Source: Alphaproteobacteria bacterium
Lineage (GTDB): Bacteria > Pseudomonadota > Alphaproteobacteria > CAAHEQ01 > UBA3637
Assembly (NCBI GenBank): GCA_045631185.1
Contig: JAZQUH010000039.1
Span: 9,522 to 73,521 of the forward strand
DNA: 64,000 nucleotides
Direction: 5' to 3'
The notes beneath the pieces were generated by a model, which had not been told where the DNA came from, made no database searches, and was given only the letters and a program-made list of their open reading frames with translations. Shown piece by piece: positions 1 through 10,003 of the stretch. The position numbers were made by a program, and so were the translations under genes. Position 1 is the stretch's first letter. Every line of letters starts with the position of its first letter.

Positions 1-477
1 AACATCTGAACTAGCACCGACAACAAATCCGGTGGCTGCACCTATAAGAGCCGTGAAAGGTGCAAAAATTATTCCGGTTAAGCCACCATACATTGGAATA
101 GCTAGACCCGTGAAAGCCCCTTCAATTGTTCCTCTTATAGTATTTGTTGGTGGTAAAAGAAAAATAGCACTTATTTCCCCCCTTTTTTCAAAAGTAGATA
201 TCTTTCCTTCTCGAAAATTTGCCCACTTTTCTTTTGTAAAACGACTTGGAACTTCAATTTTCTTGTCTTCAAAACCTTCTTTGGACAAGGTTATAATTAA
301 TGATTTATGGGATCTATCAACTGTTATTTTGTGTTCTTTTTCTTCATACCCTTCAATTTTGAAAGTTGTTCCATCAGGATAGTTGATAGAAAGTGTTTGT
401 TCTGGATTATAATATTTTGGTTGAGTAGTATTACATCCAGATAAACAAAATATACAAGCTAATAATAATTTCTTCAC
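1..477 (-). CDS. Lipoprotein of unknown function (3' end truncated by window edge)
   Basis: My own translation from GTG at 477: MKKLLLACIFCLSGC (lipobox LSGC), open to position 1. AGGAG RBS and a TTGCTA-17-TATCAT promoter lie upstream. Not in the ORF track. Confidence 0.8.
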   Translation of the reverse strand, partial: MKKLLLACIFCLSGCNTTQPKYYNPEQTLSINYPDGTTFKIEGYEEKEHKITVDRSHKSLIITLSKEGFEDKKIEVPSRFTKEKWANFREGKISTFEKRGEISAIFLLPPTNTIRGTIEGAFTGLAIPMYGGLTGIIFAPFTALIGAATGFVVGASSDV

Positions 478-537
478 TTTTAATCTCCTATTTTCATGAT
501 ACCTTAATCGAAAAAATTTAGCAAGCAATATTTATTG

Positions 538-612
538 GCTCGTGAATTGAGTATCCCTCCGACCATTTCAAAAGCAACGCCCGTTTGGGCGTTTTTTTTG
601 AAATAGGGTGAT
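538..612. repeat. 75-bp dispersed repeat with central hairpin, copy 1
   Basis: gctcgtgaattgagtatccctcc...atttcaaaagcaacgccc-gttt-gggcgttttttttgaaatagggtgat; aligns without gaps to 2021-2095. Confidence 0.9.
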
Positions 613-823
613 GGTTTGAAGCCACGAGAAAGTGGGTTCAATCGCAGGAAAAAGGCGGATGGAAAACGCCGGTTTTATGAAATAAAATTTTCCAAGGTCA
701 GCGTCCGCAAAATCCCATCCCAAAACAGCCATTTTTGCAAATTTACGGACTCTTGAATCAACAATTCCGCCTAAATTTCAAACAGCGTTTGTCGGAGCAA
801 ACTTATTTTCAATAAGGCTCATT

Positions 824-868
824 GCTTTACGCATCCAAAACATTCACTGGATGTTTTGGCTTTACGCA
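824..868. repeat. REP-like palindrome flanked by 10-bp direct repeats
   Basis: gctttacgca (824-833), then ccaaaacattc-act-ggatgttttgg, then gctttacgca (859-868). Confidence 0.6.
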
Positions 869-924
869 GTCTTTAAAATCAATGTAGGTGCTCTGGGAAC
901 CCAAAACCACCATCCCAGAAAAAT

Positions 925-1962
925 TTATTCTAATTCGGGAGTCTTTCTCATTGGAAGATAAAATTTTTCTTCGGCTTTATAAATAAGGCGTTCCCCATTT
1001 TTAGGGGGTGGAATCACGATACGGCGCTTACCATCTTTAAAAGAAATCTCGTGCATGGGATAAAGGCCTTCAAAATTTTCCTCCACACCATGTACCACCA
1101 AACCTGGATCCCAAAAATAGCGACCACGTAAACCGGATAAATCTCCCCCAGAAAAACAATATTCAGTCATGTGCCCCCAACTACGTGGATGTTCATAATC
1201 CTCTGGACGTGTATACATTTCGCAAGAAAGATATTTTTTCTTTTTTTCCTTATCTTCTTCAATTGTTGAATGAAAGGTTTGCATATTTTTTAACAAATTA
1301 GGAACATTCAAAGCAAACAAGCGGGCACTTTGTATTGGGGATTTTTTAGATAAAGGTGACTGTTTTAAAAGACCCGTTATTGCATCTCCTTTCCATTTGA
1401 ATAAGTAGCCAGACATCAAGTCTAACTTTTTATCTTTAAATGGAGAAACAATCGCTTTCCAACATTCGGTATCACGTAAAATTTCATATTCATTTGTTCC
1501 CAATTGTTTTTTTAAAAAAGCTTCATAATCATCCAAATTATGACGTTCATACATTTTAGGTTTTGTTTCATAAATAAGTTCAGGCCACCGTAATTTTACC
1601 GTGCGAGTAATGGCCACCAACCACGCATCCTTTGGCGTTTTTACCAAAGCGCAAATTGGAGCACCCGACATGGCTTCAGAGTAAGAAGCTCCTTTCTCTT
1701 CAAAAAAATTCTTCCAAGACCCTCCTTGACAAGGATTTTGATGCGGAGAAAGTGTTGGACGTTTTGTATTTGCAATAAATAAATCAATCATCTGGCGCAA
1801 AATTTCCTCACGTGGCAGAACATGATGAATACTTTGAATTTCCTGATAAGCAGGTTGTGAAGTATTTGTTTTTAAGCACAATAGAAATCCTAAAATACCG
1901 TTTAAAAAAGATTTCTTTTGGGAAACAGGGGGATTTTCATAAGGAATAACTTCGTTTGACAT
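925..1962 (-). CDS. Hypothetical protein (345 aa)
   Basis: Long ORF with GAGG RBS and a consensus promoter; no recognised motif. Confidence 0.8.
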   Translation of the reverse strand: MSNEVIPYENPPVSQKKSFLNGILGFLLCLKTNTSQPAYQEIQSIHHVLPREEILRQMIDLFIANTKRPTLSPHQNPCQGGSWKNFFEEKGASYSEAMSGAPICALVKTPKDAWLVAITRTVKLRWPELIYETKPKMYERHNLDDYEAFLKKQLGTNEYEILRDTECWKAIVSPFKDKKLDLMSGYLFKWKGDAITGLLKQSPLSKKSPIQSARLFALNVPNLLKNMQTFHSTIEEDKEKKKKYLSCEMYTRPEDYEHPRSWGHMTEYCFSGGDLSGLRGRYFWDPGLVVHGVEENFEGLYPMHEISFKDGKRRIVIPPPKNGERLIYKAEEKFYLPMRKTPELE

Positions 1963-1982
1963 GGCGATAACCTCTTGATGAG

Positions 1983-2011
1983 ATTATACTTCAAAAAACA
2001 ACAATTGTCAA
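1983..2011 (-). promoter_or_regulatory. Sigma70 promoter
   Basis: TTGACA-17 bp-TATAAT on the minus strand, 20 bp upstream of the ATG at 1962. Confidence 0.85.
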
Positions 2012-2020
2012 TTTTTGTGC

Positions 2021-2095
2021 GCTCGTGAATTGAGTATCCCTCCAAGCATTTCAAAAACAACGCCCGTTTGGGCGTTGCCTTGGAAATAGGGTGAT
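2021..2095. repeat. 75-bp dispersed repeat with central hairpin, copy 2
   Basis: Near-identical to 538-612; weaker similarity continues for about 30 bp. Confidence 0.9.
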
Positions 2096-2195
2096 AGATT
2101 AAACACGTGAAAAAGAGGATTCAAATGCCAATCCTAGGGCAAAAAATCTTTTCTATTTGGTAATGCAATAACTATTTAAAGAGATAGTTGAAATT

Positions 2196-2894
2196 TTAAT
2201 AATCATCATTTGGGATGATTGCTTTGGCGAATTTTTTTCCACGTTTGACTTTTTTCAATTTTAAATCTGGAATGGCGGCAACAATAGAATCATGCAAGGG
2301 TTTTAACGCATTTGTATAAAAATGATCCACTCCGTCTAATAAACGATAGTCAATGTTTATGTTTTCTGTGCAATCTAATTCTTCGGCTAAATAAGCCACT
2401 GTTTTTTCGTCAACAATAGTATCGGCACTACCTTGTACGATAACGCCAGAAGCGGGGCAGGGGGATAAGAAATTAAATTCATATAAGTTTGTTGGTGGTG
2501 TTACAAAGACAAAACCTTGAATTTCAGGGCGACGCATCAAAACTTGAGCCGCTATCCATGAACCGAAAGAATATCCGGCAATCCAGCATTTGTTAGAATC
2601 AATATCATGCGATTGTAACCAATCTAAAGCTGCAATTGCGTCTAATAATTCTCCAGCACCTGTTCCATCCATTTGTCCTTGAGAACGACCAACACCATGA
2701 TAATTAATACGTAAAGCCGAAAAACCCAAATTAACAAACGCTTGAAAGGTCGCATAGGTTACTTTGTTATTCATTGTTCCGCCTTGAATAGGGCTGGGGG
2801 GTAAAACTAAAACAAAGGGAGCTTTTGGATTTTCGGATTCAAAAAAACGCCCCTCTAAACGACCAAAGGGCCCCTGAAAAAAGACTTCTGACAT
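2196..2894 (-). CDS. Alpha/beta hydrolase (conserved alphaproteobacterial family)
   Basis: GGTMNNKV, GYSFG nucleophile elbow, VQGSAD, DHFY; start MSEVFF after a GGAGG RBS. Confidence 0.9.
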   Translation of the reverse strand: MSEVFFQGPFGRLEGRFFESENPKAPFVLVLPPSPIQGGTMNNKVTYATFQAFVNLGFSALRINYHGVGRSQGQMDGTGAGELLDAIAALDWLQSHDIDSNKCWIAGYSFGSWIAAQVLMRRPEIQGFVFVTPPTNLYEFNFLSPCPASGVIVQGSADTIVDEKTVAYLAEELDCTENINIDYRLLDGVDHFYTNALKPLHDSIVAAIPDLKLKKVKRGKKFAKAIIPNDDY

Positions 2895-3008
2895 GATGAC
2901 CTCCTGATAAACGGAATGGAATATTATTTGAAAAATAGCATATTTTTGCGTAAAAATCAAGTTTTTTGTTGACAACTATAAAAAAGTAGAGTAAAATACG
3001 CTTACTCA

Positions 3009-3084
3009 GGCGGAATAGCTCAGTTGGTAGAGCAGAGGAATCATAATCCTTGTGTCGGGGGTTCAAGTCCCTCTTCCGCTACCA
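3009..3084 (+). tRNA. tRNA-Met (CAT), elongator type
   Basis: GGCGGAATAGCTCAG...anticodon arm GAGGA-ATCATAA-TCCTT...GGTTCAAGTCC...ACCA. Confidence 0.93.
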
Positions 3085-3088
3085 AATA

Positions 3089-3120
3089 AAAAGAGTCATC
3101 AGAAACGATGACTCTTTTCT
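3089..3120. terminator. Bidirectional intrinsic terminator (tRNA-Met / infC)
   Basis: aaaagagtcatc-agaaac-gatgactctttt. Confidence 0.8.
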
Positions 3121-3139
3121 TTATTAGTAATAGAGATTT

Positions 3140-3694
3140 TTATTTTGTAGGGCTGACCACCAAACTCATGTTACGACCTTCCAATTTGGGTTGGCCTTCT
3201 GTTTTGGCGATATCGGCCACATCTTGAGCGGCACGATTTAAAACTTCAGCGCCTAAATCCTGATAGGACATTTCACGTCCACGGAAACGAATGGTGAATT
3301 TAACCTTATTGCCTTCGGCCAAAAACTTTTTGGTGTTACGCATTTTAAAACCATAATCGTTTTCGCCAATGTTAGGAGTGAATTTAATTTCCTTTGTTTC
3401 CTGAACTTTTTGTTTTTTCTTGGCTTCACTTTTACGTTTTTGTAATTCGTATTTATATTTGCCGGCATCAATAATCTTACAAATAGGCAAATCACCATTT
3501 GTGGCAATTTCAACCAAATCAAGACCAGCATTCTCGGCACGGCGCATCGCTTCACGAATAACAACAACACCCACATTTTGGCCGTTTTCATCGATTAACC
3601 GAACCTGTGGTGCTGAAATTTTATGATTGACGCGTGGTTCATCGGATTTTCCCGTATTGGCCGCACGGGGAGCGGGATTAAATATATTAGCGAT
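3140..3694 (-). CDS. infC: Translation initiation factor IF-3, with ATC start codon
   Basis: The frame extends upstream of the ORF-track call to give EPRVNHKISAPQVRLIDENG; also KEIKF and RFRGRE motifs. GGAGG lies 9 nt before an in-frame ATC at 3694. Confidence 0.93.
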   Translation of the reverse strand: MANIFNPAPRAANTGKSDEPRVNHKISAPQVRLIDENGQNVGVVVIREAMRRAENAGLDLVEIATNGDLPICKIIDAGKYKYELQKRKSEAKKKQKVQETKEIKFTPNIGENDYGFKMRNTKKFLAEGNKVKFTIRFRGREMSYQDLGAEVLNRAAQDVADIAKTEGQPKLEGRNMSLVVSPTK

Positions 3695-3784
3695 AGCTTG
3701 GTTCCTCCAAAAAAAATTAATAACAGGTCTATTTTAGTATTTTTTTTAAAGACTTTCAAGTTTTTTTTTGCTATAATATATTTT

Positions 3785-5407
3785 ATGAAGTTGTTGAGGA
3801 AGATTTTTTTGCTTTTAACTATCGTTTTTTGGGGAATTGGTGCTTGGGCGCAAAATTTTTCAGAGAGCGGTGTGGGTAAATGGGAAAAACTGCCTTTTGG
3901 CCAGGTGCGTTTGTTGTCATGTACGACAGGTATTCAAGACAGAAACATAATGGTCGGTGGATTGCAGGTAAAGATAAAAGATGGGTGGATATTACATAAA
4001 CCAGATTTAACCCCATTGTTTGAAGATGCAATGGTTGAATATCCGATACGTCCTAATCCTGTTCAAACAAAAGAATATACAGATGATGTATTTATTCCGA
4101 TTATTTATAACATAGATGGGAAAAAAGATTTTGTTTTTGGCGTTCATGGGAATTTAAAAGGTTGTTGGGATGATAATTGTTTGGATGTACCGATTCGTAT
4201 AGCTTTACCCTTGGATGAAAAAGAAAGCAAATATACATCCTATTGTGCCTATATTATGGAGCAAGTGAATTCGGTTCCTCGTCCTATTTCAAATGTATCT
4301 TATGGTAAATGGTTAAATGATTCGACGGCTCTATTAAGTTTTAAACTTCCAGATATAACTCAGGCCTTTTTGCAAAATGAAAATGGTTTTGATTTTAGAA
4401 TTTTAGAAACTAAGTTTTTAAAAGATGAGATTCAATTTAAAGTATCTTATCCGCAAAAATGGCAAAATAATACGATGCAGGATTGGGTCTTAATTACCAA
4501 TCAGGGTGTTTTTCGGGTGCCTGTTGTTTTAAGTTCAAAACCAATACCCCAAACACCAAAAGATAAACCTTGGGGAATGTTTGTTTTGAGTGGGCTTTTG
4601 TTGTTCATCTGTTCACCGTTTTTCATTTTATTCGGCACATCCTTTTTAAAAAATAAAAAACAATTGCGGCAACAATGTGTGCGTGCCATTATTGCATCAA
4701 GCATTTTAATTCCCATCTTTTGTTTTATGCCAAATATCAACGAAATGGATATCTTATTCCCTTGGGTTTGGATTGCGATGGGAATTACTTTAATATTTAT
4801 CCCCCGTTTTGTGTGGTGGACAGCGTTGTTGTTTGTTGTTTGGCCTAAACCGATTTTAAACGAGATGACAGAAAATTTTTCGTTATGGTATTTAATCCCA
4901 TGGTTGGTTATGTGGAATGTATTGCCGTTCGGATTGCTTTATAGATATGCTGATTTTTGGGGCAAAAAAGGCCGTTTCAGTTTAAAGCATGATTTCTTTT
5001 TGCATAACTTATTCTTTTTGTTGCCAACCATCTATTTGTTGTTCAGCGGTATTCATTCACATTTTATCAATGTGCCATATGAAAACGCCCCCAAAATGGA
5101 CAAGACGAGAATCAATGTTATTTGTGAAAAATCGGATTGCCAGAATTGGATGGCATTTTTACCAAGTGTTCGTTTCATCAATCCCAAAAGTAATTTTGGA
5201 AAAGAATTACAAAATTTATATAACACGGATAAAACAATCGTTGTTTTTGATGATAGTGGTATTGAGACCGTTTTGACGGATATAACCCCTAAAAAATTAG
5301 AAAAATACCTTATTGGTTTGCAAAATTATCGCGCTCAGTACAGGCCAGTTGATCCACCAATTCATTCTGGGGATGACCGGCATGACCTTTCACCCAATGC
5401 CATGTGA
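3785..5407 (+). CDS. Divergent DsbD/ScsB-like membrane thiol:disulfide protein
   Basis: Signal peptide (AWA-Q); N-terminal domain with [10 protein letters not shown] and GCWDDNC; multiple TM segments; C-terminal CEKSDC. Confidence 0.55.
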   Translation: MKLLRKIFLLLTIVFWGIGAWAQNFSESGVGKWEKLPFGQVRLLSCTTGIQDRNIMVGGLQVKIKDGWILHKPDLTPLFEDAMVEYPIRPNPVQTKEYTDDVFIPIIYNIDGKKDFVFGVHGNLKGCWDDNCLDVPIRIALPLDEKESKYTSYCAYIMEQVNSVPRPISNVSYGKWLNDSTALLSFKLPDITQAFLQNENGFDFRILETKFLKDEIQFKVSYPQKWQNNTMQDWVLITNQGVFRVPVVLSSKPIPQTPKDKPWGMFVLSGLLLFICSPFFILFGTSFLKNKKQLRQQCVRAIIASSILIPIFCFMPNINEMDILFPWVWIAMGITLIFIPRFVWWTALLFVVWPKPILNEMTENFSLWYLIPWLVMWNVLPFGLLYRYADFWGKKGRFSLKHDFFLHNLFFLLPTIYLLFSGIHSHFINVPYENAPKMDKTRINVICEKSDCQNWMAFLPSVRFINPKSNFGKELQNLYNTDKTIVVFDDSGIETVLTDITPKKLEKYLIGLQNYRAQYRPVDPPIHSGDDRHDLSPNAM

Positions 5408-5762
5408 TGGTATGTTTTTGTAAAAGCGGTAAAAGTTTTTGCCAATATTCCACATTTAAAACGGGCTTTTTATCGGCCTTTTTCCATCCTTTTTGAATCC
5501 AACCGTCCAACCAACGGGTGGCACCTTCCAATACATATTTGCTGTCGGTATATAAATCCACCAAACATGATTCTTTTAATAAAGAAAGCCCTTCAATAAC
5601 GGCGGTCAATTCCATTTGATTATTGGTGGTTTGTTTTGCCCCACCGGATAATGTTTTTTGTTTGTCTTTATAAATCAACAAACACCCCCAACCGCCGGGG
5701 CCAGGGTTTCCCGAACAGGCCCCATCGGTATAAAGGGTGATATGTTTTTTGGGATTATTCAT
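5310..5762 (-). CDS. rnhA: Ribonuclease HI
   Basis: [30 protein letters not shown]. Confidence 0.97.
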   Translation of the reverse strand: MNNPKKHITLYTDGACSGNPGPGGWGCLLIYKDKQKTLSGGAKQTTNNQMELTAVIEGLSLLKESCLVDLYTDSKYVLEGATRWLDGWIQKGWKKADKKPVLNVEYWQKLLPLLQKHTITWHWVKGHAGHPQNELVDQLACTERDNFANQ

Positions 5763-6210
5763 CCTTATCGTTATCCAAAATAATACGATATAAATCTTTG
5801 GGTAAATCCGCCTGGCGCAATTTTTCGGTGGCCTTTTCACTGCGCAACAAACGGGATAAAGAAGCCAAAGCTTTTAAATGATCGGCCCCGGCGTTTTCGG
5901 GCACCAACAATAAAAATAACAAATCAACGGGCTTTTTATCCACAGATTCAAAGTCGGTCGGTTTGGTTTTCATAAAGGCACAAAAGATTTTCTTTAATCC
6001 TTCCAAACGTGTATGCGGTAATGCTACACCACGACCGATGCCTGTTGTTCCCAAACGTTCCCTTTCCACCAAAGCATTCAGGATAACCATCCCATCCAAG
6101 CCTGTCTTTTCGCTGGCCAAATGGGACAGTTTTTCCAACAATTGCTTTTTGGTCAAAGATGATTTTTCAATCAACAGACAATCTGAACTTAAAATGTCTT
6201 TTATTTTCAT
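5755..6210 (-). CDS. ptsN: PTS EIIA(Ntr)
   Basis: [18 protein letters not shown]; [10 protein letters not shown]. Confidence 0.95.
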   Translation of the reverse strand: MKIKDILSSDCLLIEKSSLTKKQLLEKLSHLASEKTGLDGMVILNALVERERLGTTGIGRGVALPHTRLEGLKKIFCAFMKTKPTDFESVDKKPVDLLFLLLVPENAGADHLKALASLSRLLRSEKATEKLRQADLPKDLYRIILDNDKDE

Positions 6211-6218
6211 GAAAAACC

Positions 6219-6773
6219 TTATTTGTTGTATTTCGGATCAACCCAGCCGATATTACCGTCATTACGACGATAAACCATGCTCAATTCACCGTGGGCTGCA
6301 TTACGGAACAAAAAGGCCGGCAATCCCGCTAAATCCATATGCATTACAGCATCACTGACCGTACATGTGGGCATTTCAGCCTGCATTTCGGCAATAATCA
6401 CAGGGGCATCACCCATGGGTTCTTCGGCATCCACAGGGGCATCAATAACTGAAACAGCCACTTGTTGCACGGGATCAGCCTGACGGTTGACCATTTTGTT
6501 TTTGTATTTTTTCAATTGAACGGCCATTTTACGAATGGCTTCATCCAAAGCACCATAGGCATCATTGGCTGAGGCTGTGGCCGAAACGGTTAAACCTGCC
6601 ACGGGGCGTGTTGTGATTTCCGTTAAAAATGTTTTACCTTCATGGGACACATGAACGGTGGCATCTGTGGCATTGGCAAAGTATTTTTGCACCACTTCCG
6701 AAATGGCCTTGTCGGCATATTCACGCCAGCTGGCCCCTAAATCAATTTGATGACCTGTTAAAGTTATTTGCAT
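6219..6773 (-). CDS. hpf: Long-type ribosome hibernation promoting factor
   Basis: MQITLTGHQIDLG N-terminus; C-terminal VYRRNDGNIGWVDP. Confidence 0.93.
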   Translation of the reverse strand: MQITLTGHQIDLGASWREYADKAISEVVQKYFANATDATVHVSHEGKTFLTEITTRPVAGLTVSATASANDAYGALDEAIRKMAVQLKKYKNKMVNRQADPVQQVAVSVIDAPVDAEEPMGDAPVIIAEMQAEMPTCTVSDAVMHMDLAGLPAFLFRNAAHGELSMVYRRNDGNIGWVDPKYNK

Positions 6774-6844
6774 TTTTTCCTCTCTTTCGTTATAATAGGT
6801 TTCAAGATAAGTAAACCATAGCTTTTTTTTTCGGAATTGTCAAG

Positions 6845-7897
6845 ATGTCTTGTTATTCTCTTTATATTCATTGGCCATATTGTTTGTCAAAATGCCCCTA
6901 TTGTGATTTTGCCAGTACGAAAATTCACGGTGATGTCAATCGTTTGAAAGCGGGATATCAACGTGATATCAATCAAGCACCCGCCGGAAAATTAAAAACA
7001 ATTTATTTTGGCGGTGGTACACCCAGTTTGATGCCATTGGATTTTTTGGAATTCTTATTCAATGAAATTCACAAAAAATGGACTTTAACAAATGATTGTG
7101 AAATTACATTAGAGGCTAATCCAGATGCCGTTGATTTGAAAAAAATGAATGCCTTTTATCAAATGGGGGTCAATCGGTTATCTGTCGGTGTTCAATCTTT
7201 AAACAATCAATATTTAAAATTTTTGGGTCGCACGCATGATGCACAAACGGCATTAAATTGTATCGCTCAGGCACGAGATATTTTCCCCCGTATCAATATG
7301 GATTTGATGTATGGATTACCCCGACAAAGCAAAAAAGATTGGGAAAAGGAATTAAATCAGGCTTTATCTTTAAACCTGACACATTATTCTTTATATCAAC
7401 TGACCATTGAAGAAGGAACTGTTTTTTACAAAAAACAACAACAAACCTGTTCGGAACTGCATGCACGACAATTGTATAAACTGACCGATGAAATAATGAA
7501 TAATGCGGATGTTCCCGCCTATGAAGTTTCTAACTATGCCAAAAAAGGTTTTGAAAGTCGCCATAATATGACCTATTGGACGGGCGGTGATTATATCGGT
7601 ATCGGTCCGGCGGCGGCAGGGCGTGTCATGGGATATGCCACGCAAAATGACCGTTCGGTTGGCGGATGGTTAAACGGCAAAAACATATCAGAAAAACTGA
7701 CAGATGAACAAATCCAAATGGAACGATTGTTGATGGGGTTGCGTTTGCGTCGGCATTTTTATCCCACCCAAAATCTGAATCCTGAAAGCGTTAAAGCAGC
7801 CCTTCAAAAAGACTGGATTATTCAAACACCTCAGGGGATACAGGCGACATTAAAGGGGATTCTGATGTTAAATCAGTTGATTGCATTGTTGGCGTAA
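6845..7897 (+). CDS. hemW: Radical SAM heme chaperone HemW
   Basis: YIHWPYCLSKCPYCDF; YFGGGTPS; HNMTYW. Confidence 0.93.
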   Translation: MSCYSLYIHWPYCLSKCPYCDFASTKIHGDVNRLKAGYQRDINQAPAGKLKTIYFGGGTPSLMPLDFLEFLFNEIHKKWTLTNDCEITLEANPDAVDLKKMNAFYQMGVNRLSVGVQSLNNQYLKFLGRTHDAQTALNCIAQARDIFPRINMDLMYGLPRQSKKDWEKELNQALSLNLTHYSLYQLTIEEGTVFYKKQQQTCSELHARQLYKLTDEIMNNADVPAYEVSNYAKKGFESRHNMTYWTGGDYIGIGPAAAGRVMGYATQNDRSVGGWLNGKNISEKLTDEQIQMERLLMGLRLRRHFYPTQNLNPESVKAALQKDWIIQTPQGIQATLKGILMLNQLIALLA

Positions 7898-9104
7898 ACC
7901 AAAAATCCAACGGTTGTGCCAAATCTTCAAATTCGGTTGGGGCTGGTTTTATTTCAATGGCTGTTCTGTTTTTCTTTTGCACCAAGCGCATGGCACGGTT
8001 GTTAGTGCCATCTTGATTTAAACGAAGCAAACCATCTGAACCGTAAAAGGCATCTGATAGTTGTAAATCGGTCAAATGCACCACGCCCACATTGGCCTTT
8101 TGGGCAATCCAATCCACCGAATCATAAGATAAACTGGCCAATTGTGGCGGACGAGAACCAAAAATTTGTTGATACCTACGATCAAAGCCATTGGCCGTTT
8201 GTTCGGGTAAATCCATAAAATAAACACCGTTTAACATTTTATCCTTTAATGTTTTAACGCTGGCCAAAGTATACATCGGAATAATATCCGGTGTGACATC
8301 ATAAAATGCCAAAATGGCCATCAATTGACTTAAACGAATACCTTCTTCAAAAACAAACAGGTTGTCAAATTCAACACGTTCTTGCATTGGTGTAGCCAAA
8401 ATTTCCTGTTCTTCGGGTGTTAAATCTTTCTTTTTGGGATCAATCATTGTCGGTAAAATTTTCAAAACAGCCGGTGTCATATTTTCATCTTTTTCACCAT
8501 AAAGGGCAAATTTTTGCAAGCTCATCCCCGGGCATTTTTGAACGGCTTTATCCAACGTATTCATTACAATTTCGCCCACTTTACTTTCGGGACCAATCGC
8601 CCCCAATCGCAACTGACCGTTTTCACAGGCATAACGCACCATTTGTTCCACCTGATCCGAAATCAAAACAGCCATAGATGCTGTTTTTTCACTTAAAATC
8701 GTGCTATCCGAGGTATAACTTAAAACACCGCCTGTCGGATTGGACAAAGCGGAAACTTCCGATGAAAAAACAGGCCCCAAAACGATATCCGTATTTTGTG
8801 CCATTGCCCAACGATGGGCTTCTTTTGCCCCTTCGGGTGTTCCCTGTGTGTCAAAGAATAATAATTTTACAGGGCTTTTTTCATTTTCACGCAAGGCCAT
8901 CAAAGCGGCGTTCTGCATACTTAACCCCATTTGTTGATGTTTTCCGCTGAGCGGTAGCAACATAGAAACGGTTGTCATAGCCGGTGCTGTTTGGGTTAAA
9001 CTTTTAATACCAAAAGAATCATCATTGTGAAAAAAAGAGCCGAATTTTGGGGCATTTGTACAGGCTGAACACATCATTGCCAATAAAACCCATAATTTTT
9101 TCAT
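7818..9104 (-). CDS. Penicillin-binding protein activator LpoA/LppC-like lipoprotein
   Basis: Lipoprotein signal; LLPLSG, DTQGTP, LGPVFS; typical position next to rsmI-yraN. Confidence 0.8.
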   Translation of the reverse strand: MKKLWVLLAMMCSACTNAPKFGSFFHNDDSFGIKSLTQTAPAMTTVSMLLPLSGKHQQMGLSMQNAALMALRENEKSPVKLLFFDTQGTPEGAKEAHRWAMAQNTDIVLGPVFSSEVSALSNPTGGVLSYTSDSTILSEKTASMAVLISDQVEQMVRYACENGQLRLGAIGPESKVGEIVMNTLDKAVQKCPGMSLQKFALYGEKDENMTPAVLKILPTMIDPKKKDLTPEEQEILATPMQERVEFDNLFVFEEGIRLSQLMAILAFYDVTPDIIPMYTLASVKTLKDKMLNGVYFMDLPEQTANGFDRRYQQIFGSRPPQLASLSYDSVDWIAQKANVGVVHLTDLQLSDAFYGSDGLLRLNQDGTNNRAMRLVQKKNRTAIEIKPAPTEFEDLAQPLDFWFTPTMQSTDLTSESPLMSPVSPEVFE

Positions 9105-9184
9105 GAAAACTCCTTTTGTTTTGTTTGTAATTATGCTATACCAAATATGATTTTTTTTCAAGTTCTTTTTAAAAAGGAGAAAAT

Positions 9185-10003
9185 ATGTTATATCTTGTGG
9201 CCACACCGATCGGAAATTTAGGCGATTTTTCCCCACGGGCACGTCAGGTGTTGGAGGGGGCGGACATTGTTGCCTGTGAAGATACACGTACCAGCCGTCA
9301 ACTGTTTTCATTATTGGGGATTCAGGTGAAAAAGACCATTGCTTATCATGATTTTAATGAAGAAAAAGCCGTTCCAAAAATTATTGAGCAGTTAAAAGCG
9401 GGTGTTGAAATGGCTTTGGTATCCGATGCGGGTATGCCGTTGATTTCGGATCCGGGGTATAAATTGATTCGTGCCTGTCGTGAACAAGGTATTGAAGTGA
9501 CCAGTGTCCCCGGTCCCAATGCTGTTTTAACGGCTTTACAATTATCGGGTTTGCCGACAGATAGTTTTTATTTTGGCGGTTTTTTATCCCACAAAAACAG
9601 CCAGCGTGAAAAATCTTTATTGGCTGTGGCTGATTTACCCTGTACTTTAATTTTTTATGAAACAGCCAAACGTTTGACGGAAAGTTTAAAGGCAATTGAA
9701 AAAACTTTGGGTAATCGTCAGGTGGCCGTTGTGCGGGAATTGACCAAAAAGTTCGAGCAGGTACAAACAGATGATGTTTCAAATCTGATAGATTATTATA
9801 ACGAAAACGGCGCACCAAAAGGTGAAATTGTCTTGGTTATTCAAGGGGGAAAAGAATTGGAACAGCCTACACAAAACAGCGTTTCAATCCAACAATTGCG
9901 TTCGTTTTTATCGGCCAAAGATACCGCCCATGTTTTATCTTTAATCCAAAATATCAGCAAAAAGGAGGCCTATGCCCAAGTTTTGGCACACGACAAATTA
10001 TAA
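9185..10003 (+). CDS. rsmI: 16S rRNA C1402 2'-O-methyltransferase
   Basis: LYLVATPIGNLGD; VSDAGMPLISDPG; RELTKKFE. Confidence 0.96.
   Translation: MLYLVATPIGNLGDFSPRARQVLEGADIVACEDTRTSRQLFSLLGIQVKKTIAYHDFNEEKAVPKIIEQLKAGVEMALVSDAGMPLISDPGYKLIRACREQGIEVTSVPGPNAVLTALQLSGLPTDSFYFGGFLSHKNSQREKSLLAVADLPCTLIFYETAKRLTESLKAIEKTLGNRQVAVVRELTKKFEQVQTDDVSNLIDYYNENGAPKGEIVLVIQGGKELEQPTQNSVSIQQLRSFLSAKDTAHVLSLIQNISKKEAYAQVLAHDKL

Noticed and set aside
32-382. Plus-strand 116-aa ORF in the track
   Set aside because: It is the antisense shadow of the minus-strand lipoprotein gene, which has an RBS, a promoter and a lipobox
538-612. tRNA fragment or att site (tccctccgacca)
   Set aside because: No cloverleaf, no match to the 3' ends of the four tRNAs in the window, and no integrase
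3623-3784. Extended N-termini given in the ORF track (here, and also at 9311, 17387 and 43471)
   Set aside because: They overlap neighbouring genes or promoters; downstream ATGs with an RBS or signal peptide fit better
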